DNA of 64,000 nt from Candidatus Gemmiger faecigallinarum (lineage in GTDB: Bacteria > Bacillota > Clostridia > Oscillospirales > Ruminococcaceae), in assembly GCA_019120395.1 (NCBI GenBank), contig DWVD01000010.1, positions 19,823 through 83,822 of the forward strand. The letters are read 5' to 3'. Shown here piece after piece: positions 9,590 to 18,679 of the stretch; within the stretch, counting starts at the first letter, position 1; each line of letters starts with the position of its first letter. The notes under the pieces are model-generated. The model had not been told where the DNA came from and searched no databases. It was given only the letters and a program-made list of their open reading frames with translations. A program made the translations under genes and the position numbers.

Positions 9590-10342
9590 ATGCACGACGA
9601 TCCATACAGCCGCACGCGGCGGCTTCTGGGACAAAACGCGCTGGATGCGCTGCGCGCCGCCCGCGTGGCGGTGTTCGGCATCGGCGGGGTGGGGGGCCAC
9701 GCCGCCGAGGTGCTGGCCCGCAGCGGCGTGGGCGCGCTGACGCTGGTGGACAGCGACACCGTCGCCCCCTCCAACCTCAACCGCCAGCTGGTGGCGTTGC
9801 GCTCCACGCTGGGGCAGTACAAGGTGGACGTCATGGCCGCCCGCATCGCGGACATCGACCCCGCCATCCGGGTCACGCCGCTGCGGCTGTTCTATGGCCC
9901 CGATACCGCCGATGCCGTCGACGTCAGCCAGTTCGACTACGTGCTGGACTGCATCGACACCGTCACCGCTAAGCTGCTGCTGATCGAGCGCTGCCGGGCG
10001 GCCGGGGTGCCGGTGCTCTCCAGCATGGGGGCGGCCAACAAGCTGGACCCCACCGCCTTCCGGGTGGCGGATATTGAACATACCAGCGTCGACCCGCTGG
10101 CCCGCATCGTGCGCATCCAGTGCCGCAAGCGGGGCATCCGCGGCCTTAAAGTAGTCTTTTCCACCGAGCCGCCGCTGACCCCGCTGCCCGACCCGGACGG
10201 GGAACCGGCCGCTGACCCGGGCAAGCCCCGCCGCAGCGTGCCGGCGTCCAACGCCTTTGTGCCCGCCGCCTGCGGCCTGGTCATGGGCGGCGAGGCCGTC
10301 AAGGACATCCTGCGCGCCGCCCATGCCCTGCGCCTGCAATAA
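9590..10342 (+). CDS. tcdA: tRNA threonylcarbamoyladenosine dehydratase (ThiF family)
   Basis: GIGGVGG, DSDTVAPSNLNRQ, DCIDTVTAK, SSMGAANKLDP, DPLARIVR and VFSTE motifs. Confidence 0.9.
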   Translation: MHDDPYSRTRRLLGQNALDALRAARVAVFGIGGVGGHAAEVLARSGVGALTLVDSDTVAPSNLNRQLVALRSTLGQYKVDVMAARIADIDPAIRVTPLRLFYGPDTADAVDVSQFDYVLDCIDTVTAKLLLIERCRAAGVPVLSSMGAANKLDPTAFRVADIEHTSVDPLARIVRIQCRKRGIRGLKVVFSTEPPLTPLPDPDGEPAADPGKPRRSVPASNAFVPAACGLVMGGEAVKDILRAAHALRLQ

Positions 10343-10369
10343 CGCAAAAAAACTGGATCAAATGCAAAG

Positions 10370-10421
10370 CCCGCCCGCAAGTTTCTGCAACCGGCAGAAC
10401 CTTGCGGGCGGGTATTTTTTT
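10370..10421. terminator. Terminator between convergent tcdA and XRE gene
   Basis: CCCGCCCGCAAGTTTCTGC/GCAGAACCTTGCGGGCGGG followed by a T-run. Confidence 0.7.
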
Positions 10422-10456
10422 GTTTGCCGGTCCCGGGCAACGGGAAACGAAAAAAC

Positions 10457-10831
10457 TCAGCGGCTTTTTTGCAGCGTGGGAGGCTGCTCGTTATGGGGCA
10501 GGGCTTTTTTGACCAGGGCCAGAATGTCGGAAGCCAGGCTGGCCTGATCCTGCGTCAGGCTGGAAAGCTGAAGCGCCAGGGCAGGGGGGATGGAACCTTC
10601 GCGCCTGGCGTCCTCGCCAAAAATCAGGTCGTCACAACTGCAATGCAGGGCAAGCGCCAGCTTGCGCAGCGTCTGCACCGTCATGCCCTTGCGGCCGGTC
10701 TCGATATCGGCAAGAAACTGCACCGAAATATCCGCGTATTCTGCCAGACGCTCCCGTGTAAGCCCGGCGGCCTCCCGGCGGCTGCGCAGCCGTCTCCCGA
10801 TCGCGCCGTTGACAATAGAATCATATCCCAC
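10457..10831 (-). CDS. XRE-family HTH transcriptional regulator
   Basis: IGRRLRSRREAAGLTRERLAEYADISVQFLADIETGRKGM; GTG start at 10831. Confidence 0.85.
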   Translation of the reverse strand: MGYDSIVNGAIGRRLRSRREAAGLTRERLAEYADISVQFLADIETGRKGMTVQTLRKLALALHCSCDDLIFGEDARREGSIPPALALQLSSLTQDQASLASDILALVKKALPHNEQPPTLQKSR

Positions 10832-11030
10832 GTGTTTTCCCTTCTTTCCCTTTTCGGTATATGTGGATCGGACCGGAAGCATCTGGAGCCGCAACTATTT
10901 CTTTTGTTATACAACCGGACGCCTTTTATCGGTAAAAAGAATCCCTTTAATATAGAAATATAACCTATTGCTGTGGAATCTTTTCTTAATCATAACAAAG
11001 AATATTCCTCAGAGAAAATAACAATAGACG

Positions 11031-11059
11031 TTGACAAACAATTACTATTGTGATAGTAT
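11031..11059 (+). promoter_or_regulatory. sigA promoter for the surface-protein gene with overlapping palindrome
   Basis: TTGACA-N17-TAGTAT with TG extension; TACTAT-N4-ATAGTA at 11043-11058. Confidence 0.7.
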
Positions 11060-11409
11060 ACAGGAAACGATTGGTGGCCTGTCATGCCGTCTATCGTTAT
11101 GGTACGTAAAAATGACGCATCACAGGACAGAAATGCCAGCCTGCAGGCGGTCCTGAACGGCGGGCTGACGGCGGCGCGGCGCACGGCGCGGCAGCACAAA
11201 CAGAAGCGAACCAGGCCAGGGCGGTTTGTACCGCCTTGTTTGACTTTGCGGCGGTTTGCGCGCGGACGGGGCGCGGCGCAGCGTGAAAGACAGGCGGACA
11301 GCCTGCGGGATCAGGCATATCATTGGTTTCAAACATTGTGACCGGAAAAAGCACATGGGGGCCCGGCTGTGATGGTTGGAATAAATTCAGTAAGAAAAGG
11401 AGTAATAAT

Positions 11410-12267
11410 ATGCTGAAGACGAAAAAGTTTCGTCGTCTGTTGGCAGCGTTACTGGCGGTATTGATGCTGAGCGTATGCATTCCGACAATGGCGTTTGCGA
11501 ATGAAGGCGGCAATGCTTTGACGCAGGTGGTTGGCGTCAACTACTGGGATGTGGAGAACAACGCTCCGGTCAGCGAAGGCAAAGTGTCTGTTGCCGCTGA
11601 CGCCAACAACGTCAACACCAGCACTTTCACCGACATCCCCGAGGGCTATGAGCTGGTTTGGACCGGCGATCTGCAGATCAACGACGGCTGGGTCTGGGTC
11701 GAAGTCCGTCCCACCAAGACCGTGCGCATTATCTGGGCCATTGATAACGGCGACGCCGCCGATTTCGCCAACGGCAATGCGGATACTTATACCCAGGCGC
11801 TGACCTGGAAGCATATTAACGACGACATTGCCATGCCTGAACTGAAGCTGGCGGACGGCTACAAGCTGGCCGGCTGGGCCGTTAACGGCAAAACCAGCGA
11901 ATACTGGGATGCCGATCTGGCTACCGCCAATGTCGGCGACCGGTATGTTGAGGACGAGAACGGCGGTACCATTTCCATCACTGCCAATGTGGTGACGAGC
12001 ACGACTCCTGTCACTCCTCCCACCGATGGCGGCAACGGCGATACCGTCACCGTCACCGCTACCCCTGCTCCGGATGAGCATCCCGACATTGCCGAGGGCA
12101 TTGCCAACGGCACCTGGGGAGCTGCTCCCACCGCAGCTCCCGACGCGGCCGCCGTGTCCGTCCCGCAGACCAGCGATGATCTGCCCCTGGGCGCGCTGAT
12201 CCTTGTGGTCGTTGTGGCCGCCGGCGCCATTGTCGGCCTGACTGTTTTGCGCAAGCGCGAGCAGTAA
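11410..12267 (+). CDS. Secreted, sortase-anchored cell-surface protein
   Basis: N-terminal signal peptide (..MAFA), Thr/Pro linker, VPQTSD sorting motif plus TM and RKREQ tail. Confidence 0.75.
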   Translation: MLKTKKFRRLLAALLAVLMLSVCIPTMAFANEGGNALTQVVGVNYWDVENNAPVSEGKVSVAADANNVNTSTFTDIPEGYELVWTGDLQINDGWVWVEVRPTKTVRIIWAIDNGDAADFANGNADTYTQALTWKHINDDIAMPELKLADGYKLAGWAVNGKTSEYWDADLATANVGDRYVEDENGGTISITANVVTSTTPVTPPTDGGNGDTVTVTATPAPDEHPDIAEGIANGTWGAAPTAAPDAAAVSVPQTSDDLPLGALILVVVVAAGAIVGLTVLRKREQ

Positions 12268-12490
12268 GCCAAACGGCATATTAGCTGTCCATTCGCGGTG
12301 AACAAACAGCTGAACTCGCATTTCCGGGTCTCCAGCGCGTTTTTGACCCGGGATGCATGGGCGCTTTCCGGCGCCAGGTTTCCCCCATGAACGGGTTTCC
12401 CCGTCTGCTGATTGTTTCTGCGATTTCCCGGACGTGCCCTTTGGGGTGCGTCCACATAAGGACCCCTGGCAACAGGGGTTTCAGAAAAGC

Positions 12491-12529
12491 AATACGGGCC
12501 GGAATGGTTTGTCCATTCCGGCCCGTATT
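12491..12529. terminator. Perfect 17-bp hairpin (probable terminator)
   Basis: AATACGGGCCGGAATGG-tttgt-CCATTCCGGCCCGTATT. Confidence 0.55.
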
Positions 12530-12654
12530 TGGCTTTCCGGCCAGCTCTTGCATTGTAAATGCAAGGCACAGTATAATAAGACCATCGACAGATCCGCTCT
12601 GCCGCCGGCCGGCGGCAGACGGCGTTTCCATCTATCAGCAAAGGGGGTTCATGC

Positions 12655-14574
12655 ATGAGAGAACAGCAGGCGGCGGCGCTGCCCGCCTATACCGGGCGCG
12701 ACCTGGGCGCATCCTGGCAGAAGGAACGCACCCTTTTCAAGCTGTGGGCCCCCACGGCGGCTGCGGTGCGGGTGATCCTGTACGCCACCGGCTCGGACGA
12801 CGAGACCGGCGCGGCGCTGCTGGGCAGCGCGATCCTGCAGCCGGCCGGCCAGGGCGTATGGCAGGCGCGGGTGCCCGGCGACTGGAACGGCCGGTACTAT
12901 GTGTACGCCCTGCAGTTCGACGGCGTCGAGGGCGAGGTGCTGTCGGCGGACCCATACGCCCGGGCCTGCGGCATCAACGGGCGGCGCAGCATGGTCATCG
13001 ACCTGGCCTCCGCCGCGCCGGACGGCTGGGCGGACGACCGCCGGCCCCACATCCCGCCCCATGCCCGCGCCGTGTGGGAGACCCATGTGGGGGATTTTTC
13101 CGCCGATCCCAAAAGCGGCGTGCCGGAAGCCTGGCGCGGCAAGTTTATGGGCTTTACGGTGGAGGATACCTGCCTGGACGGCGACCCGGCCCGGCCCACC
13201 TGCCTGAACTACCTGAAACAGCTGGGGATCAGCCATGTGCAGCTTATGCCCATGTTTGACTTTGGCTCCACCGACGAGGCCGACCCCGACGGCTACAACT
13301 GGGGCTACGACCCGGTCAACTACAATGTGCCGGAAGGCGCCTACTCCACCGATCCCTGGCACGGCGAGGTCCGGGTGAAGGAATGCCGGGCCATGATCGC
13401 CGCCCTGCACAAAGCGGGGCTGGGCGTGGTGATGGACGTGGTGTACAACCACACCTACCATGCCGACAGCTGGCTGGAGCGCACAGTGCCCGGCTACTAC
13501 TGCCGCCGCACGCCGGACGGCAGCCTGACCAACGGTTCCGGCTGCGGCTGCGACATGGCCAGCGAGCGCCGCATGATGCGCAAATACATCGTGGATTCCT
13601 GCGTTTTCTGGGCAAAGGAATACCATGTGGACGGATTCCGCTTTGACCTGATGGCGCTGATCGACGTTGAGACGATGAACGCGGTGCGGGCGGCGCTGGA
13701 CGCCCTGCCCGGCGGCGAAACGATCTTGATGTACGGCGAACCATGGATGGGCGGCGGCACCTGCATGGAGCCGGGCGCCCGCCCCTCGGACAAGGGCGCC
13801 CTGGATGTGCTGGACGAGCGGATCGGCTTTTTCTGCGACGGTACCCGGGACGCCATCAAGGGCGGCGTGTTCGACGCCCGCGCGCCCGGCTATGTGGACG
13901 GCGGCCCCTACTACGGGGTGCGCATCCTGCACGCGGTGGACGCCTGGCGGGACGGCGCCGACGGCTTTGCCCCCAAAGCCAGCGGCCAGGTGGTGCAGTA
14001 CGTCTCGGCGCACGACAATTACACCCTGTGGGACAAGCTGAAACTGGTGGCGGGGCGCAGCGATTTTGCCCGGCCGGATGCCGATCTGCTGGCCCAGAAC
14101 CGCATGGCGGCAGGGATCTATCTGACCTGCCACGGGCTGCCTTTCCTGCTTTCGGGCGAGGAATTTGCCCGCACCAAAAACGGCGACCCCAACAGCTATC
14201 AGGGGCCGCAATCGGTCAACCGGCTGGATTGGCAGCGCGCCGCCGACCTGCAGGAACTGGTGCGCTACTACCGGGGGCTGTTTGCCATCCGCCGCGCCCA
14301 TCCGGAGCTGTCCGGCGCGGCGGGGGAGACGGCGCCCATCATGCTGGCCATGCCCGGCTGGCTTGTGGGCTTTGTGCTGGAAAAGACCAGCGGCGACAGC
14401 GAGCTGGCGGTGTTTTACAACCCCGAATCCACGGTGATGTACGTGGACCTGCCGGCGGGCAGCTGGCGGTATCTCTGCGACGGGACGACCGCGCGGGCCG
14501 AGCCGTTTGGCGAGGCGCAGACCGGCGGCGTCATGCTGGCGCCCACCAGCGTGACCATCCTGATGCGGCAATAA
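12655..14574 (+). CDS. pulA: Type I pullulanase / glycogen debranching enzyme (GH13)
   Basis: YNWGYDPVNYNVPEG, MDVVYNH, DGFRFDLMA, YGEPW and YVSAHDN motifs; no signal peptide. Confidence 0.92.
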   Translation: MREQQAAALPAYTGRDLGASWQKERTLFKLWAPTAAAVRVILYATGSDDETGAALLGSAILQPAGQGVWQARVPGDWNGRYYVYALQFDGVEGEVLSADPYARACGINGRRSMVIDLASAAPDGWADDRRPHIPPHARAVWETHVGDFSADPKSGVPEAWRGKFMGFTVEDTCLDGDPARPTCLNYLKQLGISHVQLMPMFDFGSTDEADPDGYNWGYDPVNYNVPEGAYSTDPWHGEVRVKECRAMIAALHKAGLGVVMDVVYNHTYHADSWLERTVPGYYCRRTPDGSLTNGSGCGCDMASERRMMRKYIVDSCVFWAKEYHVDGFRFDLMALIDVETMNAVRAALDALPGGETILMYGEPWMGGGTCMEPGARPSDKGALDVLDERIGFFCDGTRDAIKGGVFDARAPGYVDGGPYYGVRILHAVDAWRDGADGFAPKASGQVVQYVSAHDNYTLWDKLKLVAGRSDFARPDADLLAQNRMAAGIYLTCHGLPFLLSGEEFARTKNGDPNSYQGPQSVNRLDWQRAADLQELVRYYRGLFAIRRAHPELSGAAGETAPIMLAMPGWLVGFVLEKTSGDSELAVFYNPESTVMYVDLPAGSWRYLCDGTTARAEPFGEAQTGGVMLAPTSVTILMRQ

Positions 14575-14760
14575 CACAAAACCGAACGCGCGCGGCGGGC
14601 CGGGAACACACCCCGGACCGGCCGCGCGCACCGTTTTTTTCTGAAGAAACGGTCGATGAAACGTAAAATTCTACTGCCGGCAGAGCGCTTCTGCCAGGGG
14701 CAGGTTGCCCCGGGGCGCCTGGCAGGGTACAATACAGGCAAAGAGAAGGAGGTGGCAGCC

Positions 14761-16005
14761 ATGACGCAGCAAAACCGGCAGGCAGAACAGGCCGAGACCC
14801 TGCGGCAGATGGGCGCGCGGATCGCCGCCCGGCGCAAAGCGCTGGGCCTGACCCAGAAACAGCTGGCCGAACAGCTGCTGGTCAGCGACAAGACGGTAAG
14901 CAAATGGGAGCTGGGCGGCAGTTACCCCGACCCGGCGCTGCTGGTGCCCCTGGCCGCCGCGCTGGGCGTGACAGTGGACGAGCTGCTGGCCGGCCGGCAG
15001 GCGGAAACGGAGAAGGTTTCCGGCCAACTGCCGGAACAGACAACGCCGGGCAGGGAGCAGGGCGCAGACCCGGCCGCCGACGTCTGGCTGCGCCGCCGGC
15101 TGGACCAGAACATGGCCTTTTGGGCACTGGCCGGCCTGCTGCTGGGCGGCGCGGGAGCATACCTGCCCTGCCTGATAAACACGCAGCTGGCATGGGCGGT
15201 ATCCGGCCTGGTGCTGGTGGCAGTGGTGGCGCTGATCCTGTGCCTGCGGCTGTGGTATCGGATGCGGTGCCAGGCGCTGGGCTGCCGGCCCGCCCCCACG
15301 GCCGGACTGGCGCTGGCCTGGCTGGCGCTGCTGGCGGCGGCGATCTGGCACCCCGGCCTGCAAAACGGCTGGGTCCGCCTGCCCGCCGACCTGGAACCGG
15401 AGGAAGTTTTTGCACCGCTGGACCTGGCGCTGACCGGCACCGGCGGCGCGCTTGGCCTGCTTTTGTGGCTGCTGCCGCTGGTGCTGCTGGCCGCCGCGGC
15501 AGGGCTGTTCCTGTATGGGGCGGGCCGCGGCGCAAACGCCGCCGACCTGCTGCCGGCCTGCATTGGCCTGCTGCTGGCCTGGGCTGCCGGCGGCTATGGC
15601 GCGATGCAGACGGAAGCCGCCCTGACCGGGGCGTGGCATTTGGCCGAAAAAGTTCCCCCGGACCCCTTTGTGTCCGAATTTCTGCCGCCGGTGCTGGCCG
15701 CGGGGGCGGCCTGGCTGGCGGTGTGTGCGGTGATGGCGTGGATCTCGGCGCGGCGCGGGGGCGGCGGCTGGCGGATGCTGCCGGGGTGGGCGGCGGTGTA
15801 TCTGCTCCCTGCGCTAGCGGACCTGGCCCGGATGCGCTGCGGGGTGCGCCTGCTGGAACGCCCGCCCCTGGGCATCCTGTGCAGCTGGGTGGGAGCTTAC
15901 ACCCCGGTGCCGGCGCTGCTTGCCGGTATTGCCGCCGCGCTCCTGTGCGCATGGCAGGCCGCCCGCCGGCCCGGCCGAAAGCCGGAGGTGCATCCGCAGG
16001 GCTGA
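14761..16005 (+). CDS. XRE HTH fused to a polytopic membrane domain
   Basis: GLTQKQLAEQLLVSDKTVSKWELG.SYPD followed by about 8 hydrophobic segments; RBS AAGGAGG. Confidence 0.75.
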   Translation: MTQQNRQAEQAETLRQMGARIAARRKALGLTQKQLAEQLLVSDKTVSKWELGGSYPDPALLVPLAAALGVTVDELLAGRQAETEKVSGQLPEQTTPGREQGADPAADVWLRRRLDQNMAFWALAGLLLGGAGAYLPCLINTQLAWAVSGLVLVAVVALILCLRLWYRMRCQALGCRPAPTAGLALAWLALLAAAIWHPGLQNGWVRLPADLEPEEVFAPLDLALTGTGGALGLLLWLLPLVLLAAAAGLFLYGAGRGANAADLLPACIGLLLAWAAGGYGAMQTEAALTGAWHLAEKVPPDPFVSEFLPPVLAAGAAWLAVCAVMAWISARRGGGGWRMLPGWAAVYLLPALADLARMRCGVRLLERPPLGILCSWVGAYTPVPALLAGIAAALLCAWQAARRPGRKPEVHPQG

Positions 16006-16007
16006 TG

Positions 16008-16190
16008 CCCTCCGTCTGCGCCTAGCGGCGCATCCACCTCCCCTTGCAGGGGAGGCTTTGCCGCCCGTTTGCCCTGCATTGCAGGGCGGGGTCACCACGC
16101 CCGCCGGGGAGGGTCACACCGGCGCAGCCCTTGCGGGCTTGCGCAGGCACTGCCCGCCCCCCTGTGACACCGCAATGCAGGGCGGCCGTG
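16008..16190. repeat. Mosaic REP-like repeat cluster 2
   Basis: Unit A at 16008-16059, then CCGCCCGTTTGCCCTGCATTGCAGGGCGGGG matching 9272-9303. Confidence 0.7.
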
Positions 16191-16299
16191 AACGGGCGGT
16201 ACGTAACCGGCAGCCGTCCGCCAGGTCCGGCGCCCTGCCGGCTGAATTTAGTCTGCCGGGCCCATTCCGAATTTTGCCCGCCTGCCCAGCCCCGTGCGC

Positions 16300-16328
16300 T
16301 TGCCAAACCCCGGCGCACAGGGTATAAT
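16300..16328 (+). promoter_or_regulatory. sigA promoter of aspS
   Basis: TTGCCA-N17-TATAAT. Confidence 0.7.
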
Positions 16329-16396
16329 AATATGTCACAGCATCCGCAAGGGATGCTGCCATGGACTACTACCAAACACCAGAAGGGGATAGGAAT

Positions 16397-18178
16397 ATGG
16401 AAACGATGGGCAACCTGCGCCGCACCCACTACTGCGGCGAGGTCAGCATGGCGAATGTCGGCCAGGAAATGACTGTCTGCGGCTCGATCGCCCGCAGCCG
16501 CGACAAGGGCGGCATCATCTTTGCCGACCTGCGCGACACCACCGGCATCTTGCAGCTGGTCTTTGACGAGGGTACCCCCAAAGACGTTTTTGCCAAGGCC
16601 GAGAGCCTGAAAAGCGAGTACGTGGTCATCTGCCGCGGCGCCCTGCGGGAGCGTGCCGCCAAGACCGACAAGATCGCCACCGGCGATGTGGAGCTGTATG
16701 TGTCCGAGCTGCGCATCCTCAGCGAGGCCCAGACCCCGCCATTCGAGATCCGCGACGGCATCAACGTGAACGACGAGCTGCGCCTGCGCTACCGCTACCT
16801 GGACCTGCGCCGCCCCTCGGTACACGAGCCCATCGTGCTGCGCTCGAAGGTCTGCCAGGTCATCCGCAGCTATTTCTGCGACAACCACTTCTGCGAGATC
16901 GAGACCCCCACCCTCATCAAATCCACGCCGGAGGGTGCCCGTGACTATCTGGTGCCCAGTCGCCTGCAGCCGGGGCACTTTTACGCCCTGCCCCAAAGCC
17001 CCCAGCTGTACAAGCAGATTTTGATGCTGTCCGGCTTTGACCGCTACTTCCAGATCGCCCACTGCTACCGCGACGAGGACCTGCGCGCCGACCGCCAGCC
17101 TGAGTTTACCCAGGTGGACGAGGAGCTGTCCTTTGTGGACGAGAACGACATCATGACCATCAACGAGGGCCTGATCCAGCGCCTGTGGAAGGAAGTTCTG
17201 GGCGTGGACGTGCAGACCCCGTTCGTCCGCATGCCCTGGGACGAGGCCATGTCCCGCTTCGGCTCCGACAAGCCGGACACCCGCTTCGGCCTGGAGATCC
17301 AGGACGTGACCGAGGTGTTCCGCGGCACCGGGTTCAAGCCCTTCGCCGCCGTGCTGGAGGCGGGCGGCAGCATCCGCGCCATCAACGCCAAGGGCATGGC
17401 CGACAAGCTCAGCCGCAAGAACATCGACAAGCTGGGCGAGGTGGCCAAGACCTACGGCGCCAAGGGCCTGGCCTTCAGCCGCCTGACCGCCGAGGGCACT
17501 TCCTCCAGCTTTGAAAAGTTCCTGACCGAGGAGGAGAAGGCGAACCTCTACCGTGTGCTGGGCGCCGAGACCGGCGACGTTCTGCTGCTGGTCAGCGACG
17601 CGGACTGGGTCAAGGCCTGCACCGCGCTGGGCCAGGTCCGCCTGGACATCGCCCGCAAGCACGACATGATCGACCCCCAAAAGTTCAACTTCCTGTGGGT
17701 GGTGGACTTCCCGCTGTTCGAGTACAGCGAGGAGGAAGGCCGCTGGATGGCCATGCATCACCCCTTCACGCTGCCCCGCGCGGAGGACATCGACAAGGTG
17801 GAGACCGACCCCGGCGCCTGCCATGCGGTGGCCTACGACATCGTCCTGAACGGCGTCGAGATGGGCGGCGGCTCGATGCGCATCAACGACTCGGCCCTGC
17901 AGGACCGGATGTTCCGCGCCCTGGGCTTTACCGAGGAGAAGGCCCGCGAGAGCTTCGGCTTTTTGATGGACGCCTACAAGTACGGCGCGCCCCCGCACGG
18001 CGGCATGGCCTACGGCCTGGACCGCATGGTCATGCTGATGCTGGGCAAGGACTCCATCCGCGACGTCATCGCCTTCCCCAAGGTGCAGAACGGTGGCGAG
18101 CCTATGTCCGGCGCGCCCGATGTGGTGGATGAGCAGCAGCTGAAAGATCTCTGCATTTCGTTGAATATCGACAAATAA
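16397..18178 (+). CDS. aspS: Aspartate--tRNA ligase
   Basis: RRTHYCG, LRYRYLDLRR, STPEGARDYLVPSR, LPQSPQLYKQ, RDEDLRADRQPEFTQ and GAPPHGG motifs. Confidence 0.98.
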   Translation: METMGNLRRTHYCGEVSMANVGQEMTVCGSIARSRDKGGIIFADLRDTTGILQLVFDEGTPKDVFAKAESLKSEYVVICRGALRERAAKTDKIATGDVELYVSELRILSEAQTPPFEIRDGINVNDELRLRYRYLDLRRPSVHEPIVLRSKVCQVIRSYFCDNHFCEIETPTLIKSTPEGARDYLVPSRLQPGHFYALPQSPQLYKQILMLSGFDRYFQIAHCYRDEDLRADRQPEFTQVDEELSFVDENDIMTINEGLIQRLWKEVLGVDVQTPFVRMPWDEAMSRFGSDKPDTRFGLEIQDVTEVFRGTGFKPFAAVLEAGGSIRAINAKGMADKLSRKNIDKLGEVAKTYGAKGLAFSRLTAEGTSSSFEKFLTEEEKANLYRVLGAETGDVLLLVSDADWVKACTALGQVRLDIARKHDMIDPQKFNFLWVVDFPLFEYSEEEGRWMAMHHPFTLPRAEDIDKVETDPGACHAVAYDIVLNGVEMGGGSMRINDSALQDRMFRALGFTEEKARESFGFLMDAYKYGAPPHGGMAYGLDRMVMLMLGKDSIRDVIAFPKVQNGGEPMSGAPDVVDEQQLKDLCISLNIDK

Positions 18179-18219
18179 GTACAATTTGTATTGGCTGCCG
18201 GCGGGGATGGCCTCCAAAA

Positions 18220-18582
18220 AAAGCCTGACAAATCCTTGCCCTGCGCTTTGCGGGGGATTGTGCCTGCATCGCCCTGCAAGACTTTGCGGCCGGATGACCG
18301 TCTTGCGCCGCCCGCGCCTGACGGCAGATTGTAGGGCGGGCGGTTTGAGGCGGGGGAAGCTGCGGCGGGGGCCTGCAGCCGTGGGTGGGCAGCGGCGTGC
18401 AGACGCCAGCCCACCGCCAGGCCCGGCGTCAGGCCGATGAAAATCATCGGCCCCTACGCAAAGGGGGGCGATACACACAGCCTGCGCAGGGGGCGTATCG
18501 CGGCCCGGAAGGACATTTACCGGGCAACGCGCCGCACCCCTCAGTCACTTGGCGGTGACAGCTCCCCTTGCAGGGGAGCCTT
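18220..18582. repeat. Mosaic REP-like repeat cluster 3
   Basis: TGTAGGGCGGGCG at 18330; GGCCGATG..CATCGGCCCCTAC at 18432-18457; unit A at 18529-18582 with the same upstream flank as 8915-8960. Confidence 0.8.
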
Positions 18583-18618
18583 CCGGGGCGGCTGCCGCCC
18601 CAGGCCCCATTAACAGAC

Positions 18619-18671
18619 AAAAATCCGCCCGCCGCTCTCGGTTTGGAGAAGCGGCGGGCGGATCGTTTTTT
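18619..18671. terminator. Bidirectional terminator
   Basis: AAAAATCCGCCCGCCGCT...AGCGGCGGGCGGATCGTTTTTT. Confidence 0.7.
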
Positions 18672-18679
18672 ATTGGCGC

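Noticed and set aside
8910-9972. ORFs of 250-276 aa across the repeat cluster; possible CRISPR or IS
   Set aside because: The translations are repeat-derived low-complexity sequence. The units are inverted and irregularly spaced, not repeat-spacer, and there is no cas or transposase gene.
11065-11409. c-di-GMP or other known riboswitch in the surface-protein leader
   Set aside because: I could not find the conserved GEMM-I/II or other aptamer motifs by eye; retained only as an unexplained leader.
16329-16396. T-box upstream of aspS
   Set aside because: The leader is only about 65 nt and lacks the T-box consensus.
16022-18478. 818-aa minus-strand ORF (likewise 21601-24120 +, 12649-14631 -, 203-1426 -, 43085-44665 -)
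   Set aside because: Antisense shadows of real GC3-biased genes; no recognisable motifs or RBS.
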